23,490 nucleotides of DNA, taken from the NCBI GenBank assembly GCA_043753995.1, contig JAYUVP010000068.1, forward strand, positions 1 through 23,490, in the 5' to 3' direction. Below, in pieces: positions 9,177 to 16,550 of this stretch. A program made the translations under genes and the position numbers. Under the pieces are notes generated by a model. That model made no database searches. It saw only the letters and a list, made by a program, of their open reading frames with translations, and was not told the origin of the DNA. How positions within the stretch are numbered: position 1 is the first letter of the stretch; each line of letters begins with the position of its first letter. Origin of the DNA: Fibrobacterota bacterium. Its GTDB lineage: Bacteria > Fibrobacterota > Fibrobacteria > UBA11236.

Positions 9177-9932
9177 ATGGCCCGCACATTTAAAATCGAC
9201 ATGGAAACGCGCTTTGGTCCCTTGCGCGGTGCCTTGCCCCTTCCGGACGCACCGATGCGATTGGCAGAATTCGCGCATCAGCTTTTCCCTCTGTCGGAAC
9301 GCATCACCCAGCAAGCCGTAGACGCCGCTATTTCGGATGGCGAAACGAAAATTTCTTGTGGCCCTGGCTGCGGTGCCTGCTGCCGGCAAGCCGTGCCCCT
9401 TTCCATCCCCGAAGCCTTTTTCTTGCGCGATCTCCTCTTGTCTTTTCCATTGGCGCGCCGTGGAGAAATTCTCGGACGCTTCGAAAGCCTGCAGAAAAAT
9501 CTGAGCGAAGCAAATCTCGAATTGGAATTGCTGGCAGGAGAAACTCAAGATCAGCGTTGGATGCGATTTGGTTCTCGCTATTTCTCACTGGGCATGGCTT
9601 GTCCTTTTCTCGAAAACGAATCCTGCTCCATCCATCCCGTGCGCCCGACGGTGTGCCGTGATTTTCTCGTGACCTCGCCGCCCGAAGAATGCGCCGACAT
9701 CACTTCGGAAAAAATGGTGTGCATCGACAATGTTTTCAGCCTTCCCCATTGCCTGGCTCGGCTCACCGGCATTCTCATGGACGAAGAGCCACAACTCATT
9801 CCCATGCCCTTGGCCCTGGAATGGGCGGAAGCCCATCCCGAATGGAATCAAAAACGTTTTGACGGGGCCATGCTCTATTCGACTTTATTCGACATCGTGA
9901 AATCACTCTCCGATGCGGGGCGCAGCGCTTAG
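9177..9932 (+). CDS. YkgJ family cysteine-cluster (Zn/Fe-S chelating) protein
   Basis: CGPGCGACC ... CPFLENESCSIHPVRPTVCRDF pattern. Starts 15 nt after the GH-A gene on the same strand. Confidence 0.88.
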   Translation: MARTFKIDMETRFGPLRGALPLPDAPMRLAEFAHQLFPLSERITQQAVDAAISDGETKISCGPGCGACCRQAVPLSIPEAFFLRDLLLSFPLARRGEILGRFESLQKNLSEANLELELLAGETQDQRWMRFGSRYFSLGMACPFLENESCSIHPVRPTVCRDFLVTSPPEECADITSEKMVCIDNVFSLPHCLARLTGILMDEEPQLIPMPLALEWAEAHPEWNQKRFDGAMLYSTLFDIVKSLSDAGRSA

Positions 9933-9985
9933 AAAATATCGAAAGCAGCATCCGACGACATCGAATCGCCATCACTCCCAGGGGA

Positions 9986-10095
9986 GGGGGATGCCGAGGC
10001 CGACAATGCGGCGTAGTAAGTCGGGCCGAGGCAGGGGGGCGTTTGGATGGCGCGGATCGAGGGCTGAGCCCCCCGTCACAGGAAGGTTACCCTAG
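9986..10095. repeat. Dispersed structured intergenic repeat, copy 1 (110 bp)
   Basis: GGGGGATGCCGAGGCCGAC-N17-CGGGCCGAGGCAGGGGGGCGTTTGGATGGC...GAGCCCCCCGT-N9-GTTACCCTAG, matching 16440-16550 and 20009-20119. Confidence 0.92.
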
Positions 10096-10685
10096 GGATG
10101 GCCCTTGTCGGGCGTCGCCTTTCGTCCAAGAAGTCCCCTGGGCTGGTTGATTTGAGGTGCGGAAATTTTGTGGGTTTGTCTCGCTTTGGATATTCGGCGA
10201 TCGCGTACCGAGGTCGATGTGGCGGATACAACTGTATCGAGAATACCTTGAGCTTTGGATTCTTTCAAAGACATGGTGCCGGTGCAAAGCCCCGTCCATA
10301 GCACCGAATCCTCTTGTACTTGGTAAGGGAAAACCAAATAATCGCTGTCGATTTGAAATCCATAACCGCAAGACGCGCTGCTCATGGCGGACTTGAGGAT
10401 TATTTCGCGGCTTTCCGAGAGACCTTTGATGGCATGAGTGACTTGAAGCGTGTATCGGATGGGCGAATCGGATCGGAAGAGGATATTGCCATTGGCGTCT
10501 TTGACTATGGGAGGCTGTTCAGCCTTGACCACCTTGGCCGTGAATATCATGGAGGCTTTGCGCGCATGCGCGGCCCAATCCTGAATACCCATACAACTGC
10601 AGGACCAAGCGGCGGGCGTCAAGGCCAAGGTGGCGGAGAATATTCCAATGGGCCACGAGCGAAGTAAGCGGGACAAGGTTTTCAT
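10092..10685 (-). CDS. Secreted TIMP/NTR-like (netrin module) domain protein with basic C-terminal tail
   Basis: From ATG 10685: signal peptide ending AAWS, then CSC. Pattern A..IFTAKVV...YTLQVTHAIKG...SCGYGF....YLVF...LCTGT with four Cys. The stop TAG lies within the CTAG of repeat copy 1. Confidence 0.7.
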   Translation of the reverse strand: MKTLSRLLRSWPIGIFSATLALTPAAWSCSCMGIQDWAAHARKASMIFTAKVVKAEQPPIVKDANGNILFRSDSPIRYTLQVTHAIKGLSESREIILKSAMSSASCGYGFQIDSDYLVFPYQVQEDSVLWTGLCTGTMSLKESKAQGILDTVVSATSTSVRDRRISKARQTHKISAPQINQPRGLLGRKATPDKGHP

Positions 10686-10838
10686 GCTTGGAATGATAGG
10701 CATTTCCCTGGGGGCACTTGGGATTGGGTTTCGGCGCTCCGCTACAGGAAGTCCCAAAAGTGAGACGCGTGATCTTTCCCAAGGCTTGGAAAGGGAACGG
10801 GTATCGCTTCAAATAGAGCCATTTCGATAGTTGCTAAT

Positions 10839-10854
10839 GGGCATGCGGATTGCA
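10839..10854 (+). promoter_or_regulatory. Putative sigma-54 (-24/-12) promoter
   Basis: GGGCATGCGGATTGCA has GG(10840-41)-N10-GC(10852-53), close to the consensus TGGCACG-N4-TTGCW. It is followed by an AGGAG RBS (10873-77) and ATG 10883. Confidence 0.6.
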
Positions 10855-10882
10855 TTGAGACAAAGAGACTCTAGGAGTACCT

Positions 10883-12562
10883 ATGCCAGCTCCCCTTAAA
10901 ATCCTGACCTGTTTGCTATTCGCCACCTTGCCCGTCATCGCGGACCAATGGGCAGAATTTTCTTGCCGGGCCACCCAAGGCCTTGGGTGGCAGGGATCCT
11001 CTCAGGTCATTCGTGAGAAAATTGCCATCACCGTGCAGCCGGATCATCTAGACGTGGAACATGAGCTCGAAATAGACGCTAAGACAATAGCGAGCACGAA
11101 CGCGCCGAATTCCCCGAGCTCCCTGGAAATAACCGGTCGGCTCACTATGGCTGACGGCACGGTGATGACCGGATTGCTGCTTTGGAATGGCGACAAGATT
11201 CTCAAGGGCAAGCTCCAGACCAAGGAAATGGCGAGGAGGAAATATGAGGAAGTGGTCGACCGCAATGTGATCAATCCACCCCCACCTCGCGATCCTGCTT
11301 TGTTGGAGAAGGTGAGTGGTTCCAGGTATGCCCTCAGCATCTTTCCCGTCACTTTAAACGAGTCGCGCAAGCTTCGGCTTCGCTACCTCATTCCCACAAG
11401 ATTTGAGGACAGCACCCAGCGTTGCTCTTTTCCGCATGCATTTTCAAAAATTGCTTCCGTCACGATACGCTTTGGTTTGGGTATTCAGGGCTATGCCCTG
11501 ACCTCGTACCGGCATGATTTTAGCTTAAATACGGTCAAGAATGAAGCGGGAAGCTCTCAGCCTTTAACCTTGGATCCCGATGCCTACTTTCATTTTAGGC
11601 CCAACTTCCATGGGGAAGGAAGTGGTGCAGCTTTGCTCTACGTCACCCCGCTGTTCGGGGAATCGAATGGCTCCCGCGCCTATTTAGGATCGTCGAAAGA
11701 TGCCCTTGGGACCCAAGGGCATGCCGCGCATTTTGTCTTTCGCCCGCCTAAGGATTTATCAGGGATGAACCCAGCGAATACAACCCGGATTGTGGCCTTG
11801 GTGAGGTCGGGAAACGATTCGGTTGGAAAAGAAATCGCCCTGGATGAAAGGGCGGCCTTGGGCATCGAAGAGTTGCGGATTTTTTCAGCCTCGGCCCTCA
11901 CGGAAGGCATTACTTGGAGATTCTATCAGGGAGATAAGATTGCCAAGGAGATGATTGAAAAGCCTCGGGTCATTGTCATGGAAGATGGCCCTCAATTTGT
12001 CCGGACTTTCGGTCATACCGCTTTTTATCCTCTGGTCAAAACCATGCCCGCCTCCCTTGCCGCCGCTTGGGGATTCATCGATTCCAAGTATGCCCTGCTG
12101 GCTCTCGAACAAGACACCCTCCCGTCGGCGCAGGCGAAAGAGTATGCGACAGCCGGCGTACCGGGCCTGAATCGCAGTGATATTTTCCCCGAGGATGGGG
12201 CCCTGGAAAGCACTCCCTTATCGGCTTGGTTGATGCAAAGAAATATCGCACGGGAGGATTTGCTTGTCCCCACTCCTCGCTCCGTATCCTTGAATAATTC
12301 GTTTAGCCTCCCTGCGGGGATACGCTGGAGCTTTCGCGACGGGGCCTTGCATGTCGAGATCGATCCCTCGATGAGAGCCAGAGGCTTGCGCGTGACCTTG
12401 CATGGCCTCGATGGCCGACGGCTTCAGCAATGGCAGGGCGGTGAAATCGGTGGCGGACTTATCCAGTGGTCTCCCAAGTCCCATGGATATGGCTTTGGAA
12501 CTTGCCTGCTCCGCATCACATCAGGCACCCATACCTGGTCTGCCCGGGTGACACTTCGGTAA
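10883..12562 (+). CDS. Secreted VIT (vault protein inter-alpha-trypsin) domain protein with T9SS-like C-terminal domain
   Basis: Signal peptide and strong RBS. VIT motifs LEITGRL...GLLLW...LKGKL...ARRKYEEVV...RDPALLE...LSIFPV...RKLRLRY. The last ~80 aa 'LRVTLHGLDGRRL...IQW...GTCLLRI...SARVTLR' resemble a Por/T9SS sorting domain. Confidence 0.75.
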   Translation: MPAPLKILTCLLFATLPVIADQWAEFSCRATQGLGWQGSSQVIREKIAITVQPDHLDVEHELEIDAKTIASTNAPNSPSSLEITGRLTMADGTVMTGLLLWNGDKILKGKLQTKEMARRKYEEVVDRNVINPPPPRDPALLEKVSGSRYALSIFPVTLNESRKLRLRYLIPTRFEDSTQRCSFPHAFSKIASVTIRFGLGIQGYALTSYRHDFSLNTVKNEAGSSQPLTLDPDAYFHFRPNFHGEGSGAALLYVTPLFGESNGSRAYLGSSKDALGTQGHAAHFVFRPPKDLSGMNPANTTRIVALVRSGNDSVGKEIALDERAALGIEELRIFSASALTEGITWRFYQGDKIAKEMIEKPRVIVMEDGPQFVRTFGHTAFYPLVKTMPASLAAAWGFIDSKYALLALEQDTLPSAQAKEYATAGVPGLNRSDIFPEDGALESTPLSAWLMQRNIAREDLLVPTPRSVSLNNSFSLPAGIRWSFRDGALHVEIDPSMRARGLRVTLHGLDGRRLQQWQGGEIGGGLIQWSPKSHGYGFGTCLLRITSGTHTWSARVTLR

Positions 12563-12717
12563 ACCGAGACCAACCCCCGCGGGCCCTAGCCGGAATGTGA
12601 TTTTTAGACGTGCCATGGGGTTTTCTGACCTTCTGACATGGGGATTCAAACAATCGGATAGCCTCCAAGTGCTAGGTTTGAGCTAATATCAATTTCCTTT
12701 TAGGGGGGTATTCCGAT

Positions 12718-14139
12718 ATGAAGCAGCCTATCACCAGCGCCAGCAATTCCATTACGCTTCGCGTCAAGCTCTCCAACCTTCCAGGTGTGCTCGGCCATTT
12801 GACGGCCGCCATTGGGGACGCAGGCGGCAATATCGGCGCCATCGATATCGTGCGAAGAGAGGGCGCCTTTCTGGTTCGCGATATCACGGTCGAGACCTCG
12901 GGGGCGACTCATGCGGAGACCATTGCCGAGCGCGTGCGCGCCGTGGAGGGTGCGGAATTGGTGCAGGTTTCGGACCGAACCTTCCTGCTTCATCTCGGCG
13001 GAAAAATCGCCATCACAAGTAAGATTCCCCTGAAGACCCGCGATGAATTGTCCATGGCCTATACGCCTGGGGTTGCCCGGGTTTGCAATGCTATTCATAA
13101 GAATCCCGAGTCCGCCTTTAATCTCACCATCAAGCGCAATTCGGTCGCCATTGTCAGCGACGGATCGGCCGTGCTCGGCCTCGGCAATCTCGGGCCCTTG
13201 GCCGCCATGCCCGTGATGGAAGGCAAGGCCATGTTGTTCAAGACTTTTGGGGGCGTGGATGCTTATCCGATTTGCTTGAACACCCAGGATCCGGATAAGA
13301 TCATCGAAATCGTGCAAAATATCGCACCTGGATTTGGCGGCATCAATCTCGAAGACATTTCCGCGCCCCGCTGCTTTGCCATCGAGAAGGCCTTGCAAGC
13401 CACCATGGACATTCCCGTTTTCCACGACGACCAACATGGCACGGCCATCGTATTGACTGCCGCCTTTCTCAATGCTCTGGTTGTCTTAGGGAGAAAGGCC
13501 GAAGACTTGAAGGTGGTAGTACTCGGCATTGGCGCGGCGGGAACCGCTTGCAGCTTAATGCTGCATGAAGTGGGCGTGCGCAATATTATCGGCTGCGACC
13601 GGCAGGGAGCGATTTACAAGAGCCGACCCGACATGTCCGCGGAAAAGGCGGAGTTCGCAGCTTGGACCAATCCTAATAATGAGAAGGGCAGCATCACCGA
13701 ACTGCTGCGCGGCGCGGATGTTTTCATCGGCGTCTCGGGGCCGAATCTCGTGACGTTGAAGGATTTGAAAGGCATGAACAAGGACCCCATGGTCTTCGCC
13801 ATGTCCAATCCCGATCCGGAAATCGATCCCGAGGAAGCCCGCGAAGTGGCCGCCATCGTGGCGACGGGGCGCAGCGATTATTCCAATCAGGTGAATAATG
13901 TGCTTTGCTTCCCCGGCATTTTCCGCGGCGCTCTGGATTGCCAGGCCCGAGAAATCAATGGCGCCATGAAATTGGCGGCGGCCCGCGCCATTGCCGGGGT
14001 TATCCCCAGGGAATCGTTACAGGCGGAATACATTATCCCGAGCGTTTTCGATCCCAATGTGGTGTCGGCGGTGGCCAAGGCCGTGATTCAAGCCGCCCAG
14101 GAAACCGGCGTTGCCCGCAGGCTCATCCGGGACGCGTGA
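12718..14139 (+). CDS. NAD(P)-dependent malic enzyme with N-terminal ACT domain
   Basis: ACT motif [20 protein letters not shown]. Malic enzyme motifs [68 protein letters not shown] and [23 protein letters not shown]. Confidence 0.95.
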   Translation: MKQPITSASNSITLRVKLSNLPGVLGHLTAAIGDAGGNIGAIDIVRREGAFLVRDITVETSGATHAETIAERVRAVEGAELVQVSDRTFLLHLGGKIAITSKIPLKTRDELSMAYTPGVARVCNAIHKNPESAFNLTIKRNSVAIVSDGSAVLGLGNLGPLAAMPVMEGKAMLFKTFGGVDAYPICLNTQDPDKIIEIVQNIAPGFGGINLEDISAPRCFAIEKALQATMDIPVFHDDQHGTAIVLTAAFLNALVVLGRKAEDLKVVVLGIGAAGTACSLMLHEVGVRNIIGCDRQGAIYKSRPDMSAEKAEFAAWTNPNNEKGSITELLRGADVFIGVSGPNLVTLKDLKGMNKDPMVFAMSNPDPEIDPEEAREVAAIVATGRSDYSNQVNNVLCFPGIFRGALDCQAREINGAMKLAAARAIAGVIPRESLQAEYIIPSVFDPNVVSAVAKAVIQAAQETGVARRLIRDA

Positions 14140-14223
14140 GTTCAGGGCTTGGAGCGAATTGGGTTGCCCGCACGAAGCCCGAATGCTTGGGAAATGGGAG
14201 CTGAAATGTTACTTCGCGTGGGA

Positions 14224-15903
14224 ATGAAAGCCCGGGCGACGGTCATTTCCATTTCTCTTGTTCTTGCCGCCCTTTCTTGGATCGGTTGCGATCGGAAACC
14301 GAACCCTAACTCCTCCGCTGAATCCCACTTCGGGAATCCTGTTCAGTTGGTCTCTCCAGACCAGGGACAGCTCACCGGCATTGCCTATGGTGCCGGTCGC
14401 TTCTGTGCCGTGGGCACCCAGGGACTCGTCTTCGTTGCCGAAGATGGGAAGAAGTGGCGGCAAGTGCGGAATGCCATCCAGGAAGATTTGCGGCAGGTCT
14501 TTTATCACAAGACCTGGGATGATACGGGAGCGTCCTTTGGCTCCTTCGTAGCGGTCGGGGCCAGCGGCGCGCTCTATGGCGATCAGGGCAAAGATGCCTG
14601 GAAAATCTTGTCGCCCTCTCGGGAAGGGCGCTTCTTGAGGCTGTATCATCCCACCGGGAAATGTTCGGGAGCCTTGCTGGATTCCGGCGTCCTACTCCAC
14701 GCCTCCCCAAGCAATGAAGAGAATACCGAATCATGGTCGCGCACCTATATGCGCACTAATGTGACGCTTGAGGCGGCGTGCTCGGGAGGTGGACCGCTCG
14801 GATCATTCGTGGCGGTGGGGCCACGAGGGACTATTGTCTCGCTTGCAGATTCGGAAATCGTACTCTACAACTTTGCCTTCGCCCTGCGAGAAACACCCAC
14901 CCGAGTGGATTTACACGGTGTTGCCTGGGCGGGGGACAAGTTCGTCGCCGTTGGAGATTCGGGAATCGTCCTCTCCTCCGCGGATGGGGAGCATTGGGAG
15001 AAGGAGTCCTCGGGCATTACGGGAGCAATACGCGGGGTCGCGTCCGGAATAGGAATGTGCATAGCCGTCACGGAAAATGGAATATTGGCAAGGAAGGCGC
15101 TATCGGTGGCGGACCCGGACACCCTCCCGGACCAAGACCCGCTCGCGCTAGGACTTTGGCTGTCTCCGGATTCCATCGCTTTCCAGGTGGGATGGATGGA
15201 TGCCAAGCAGGATACAAGCCGGGTCTCTCTCCTTGTTTCCCCCCGTGCAGACAATTGGGATACGAAGCTGCCAAAACTGCCGCCTTGGGGAGATCGTCTC
15301 AAGGATTTCATACCCTATGGCTGGAATATCTTTAGTCTAGACTCTGGCGATCTCAACCAAGACCATAGCCAGGATTATGCGTTCATCATCGAAGGCGATG
15401 AAACGGGGCTCCGTGATTCCATGCCGTGGAACGAGCCCTTTGACTGGACGGGTCACCGGATTTTGGCCGTCGTCTTAGGAATGGGAAGCGGGCATGAAGG
15501 CGGGAAAGGCTACCGCCTGATTCAACAATGTGATACCTGCATCATTCCACAGTATGATCAACGGATGGGGCAGGACATCTATGATGAGGGAGGCCCATTT
15601 ATCAGCAACGATACTCTAACCATCCAATCCCACGGGGTATCCATGGGAGGATGGGAGGACTATTTTCAATCGTACCACTTCAAATACATGGGCGGAACCC
15701 TTCGCCTAGTCGCGGGGGTGAGATCGAGCTCCCACAGGACGACAGGGGAATACGAGAAAAGATCGATGGATTTTTTGACGGGAGTCCTGCGGGAAGAAAA
15801 AGGAAGCGAGGGGTCGGATATTCCGGTGGCCCCAACCTTCACCTTGGATACCCTTCCCATTTCGGAGATCCGTAGTTTCGAGAATATGAAAGAGGAATGG
15901 TAG
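14224..15903 (+). CDS. Putative lipoprotein with an N-terminal WD40/YVTN/BNR-like beta-propeller and an uncharacterised C-terminal domain
   Basis: From ATG 14224: MKARATVISISLVLAALSWIG|C lipobox-like signal. Repeated F[VC]AVG..G.[IV]....DG..W blades. The C-terminal part contains DFIPYGW...GDLNQDHSQDY (DxxDG-like Ca-binding loop) ...SMDFLTG. Confidence 0.65.
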   Translation: MKARATVISISLVLAALSWIGCDRKPNPNSSAESHFGNPVQLVSPDQGQLTGIAYGAGRFCAVGTQGLVFVAEDGKKWRQVRNAIQEDLRQVFYHKTWDDTGASFGSFVAVGASGALYGDQGKDAWKILSPSREGRFLRLYHPTGKCSGALLDSGVLLHASPSNEENTESWSRTYMRTNVTLEAACSGGGPLGSFVAVGPRGTIVSLADSEIVLYNFAFALRETPTRVDLHGVAWAGDKFVAVGDSGIVLSSADGEHWEKESSGITGAIRGVASGIGMCIAVTENGILARKALSVADPDTLPDQDPLALGLWLSPDSIAFQVGWMDAKQDTSRVSLLVSPRADNWDTKLPKLPPWGDRLKDFIPYGWNIFSLDSGDLNQDHSQDYAFIIEGDETGLRDSMPWNEPFDWTGHRILAVVLGMGSGHEGGKGYRLIQQCDTCIIPQYDQRMGQDIYDEGGPFISNDTLTIQSHGVSMGGWEDYFQSYHFKYMGGTLRLVAGVRSSSHRTTGEYEKRSMDFLTGVLREEKGSEGSDIPVAPTFTLDTLPISEIRSFENMKEEW

Positions 15904-15913
15904 CTTGAGGCCT

Positions 15914-16438
15914 ATGACAAAACCATTTCCCATCCTGATCGCCTTCGCGCTTGCCCTTGCTCCCGTTCTCGCCAAGGACGCTTCGGCGGGGAATTCCGAT
16001 TGGAAATCCGAAAAGGATTTCCGCAATGCTGCCCCGATGATTCACCGTCAAGCGCTTTGGCTCGAAGCGAATCCCGGTGCGGATACATGGAGTGATAGCT
16101 TGAAGACTGTTCTCTCTTGGGGGCGCGCTGCGCCTTATGTCAGGTTGGGCACGGCCAAGGTATTTGAAAAAGAAATCCAGAACCTGCCCAAGGATCCCGA
16201 TGCGGGTCGCGTCGCTAGCATGCTGAGGGTGGGCTATGTGCGTTATGCCACCGAAGCCGATTTCGACACGCCTACGGAATTCGAGATGGCCAAGGCTGGT
16301 GTCACCTGCATGATACGCTATTATGAAAACCTGCAACAGGCCAAGCCTGAGTATTCCATTCCCGCCATGGAACGCCTGGCAGGCCTACTCCGCTCGGACG
16401 CCCTCGACGAATTCATCAAAGACAAACTCAAGAAATAA
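15914..16438 (+). CDS. Secreted alpha-helical hypothetical protein
   Basis: ATG 15914 preceded by GAGG, signal peptide MTKPFPILIAFALALAPVLA, helical charged composition, 10 nt downstream of the lipoprotein gene. Confidence 0.75.
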   Translation: MTKPFPILIAFALALAPVLAKDASAGNSDWKSEKDFRNAAPMIHRQALWLEANPGADTWSDSLKTVLSWGRAAPYVRLGTAKVFEKEIQNLPKDPDAGRVASMLRVGYVRYATEADFDTPTEFEMAKAGVTCMIRYYENLQQAKPEYSIPAMERLAGLLRSDALDEFIKDKLKK

Positions 16439-16439
16439 C

Positions 16440-16550
16440 GGGGGATGCCGAGGCCGACCGTGCTGCAGGGGTAGGCGGGCCGAGGCAGGGGGGCGTTTGG
16501 ATGGCCAGGATCGAGGGACTGAGCCCCCCGTATCTTGTAAGTTACCCTAG
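16440..16550. repeat. Dispersed structured intergenic repeat, copy 2 (111 bp)
   Basis: Same conserved blocks as copies 1 and 3. Fills essentially the whole gap between TAA (16436-38) and the minus-strand TAG (16547-49). Confidence 0.92.

Noticed and set aside
9913..10095. Small ORFs running through the repeats (9913-10095, 16323-16550, 19628-20005)
   Set aside because: They are translations of the GC-rich repeat or palindrome, overlap real genes out of frame, and share no conserved start.
12563..12717. Short duplications (CATGGGG x2, TTCTGAC x2) upstream of the malic enzyme gene
   Set aside because: They are 7-mers with no consistent spacing or fold, too weak to call a regulatory element.
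12700..13437. 245-aa antisense ORF over the malic enzyme gene, and the other long antisense or alternate-frame ORFs in the track
   Set aside because: These are shadow ORFs expected from GC-rich codon bias opposite well-supported genes, with no independent motifs.
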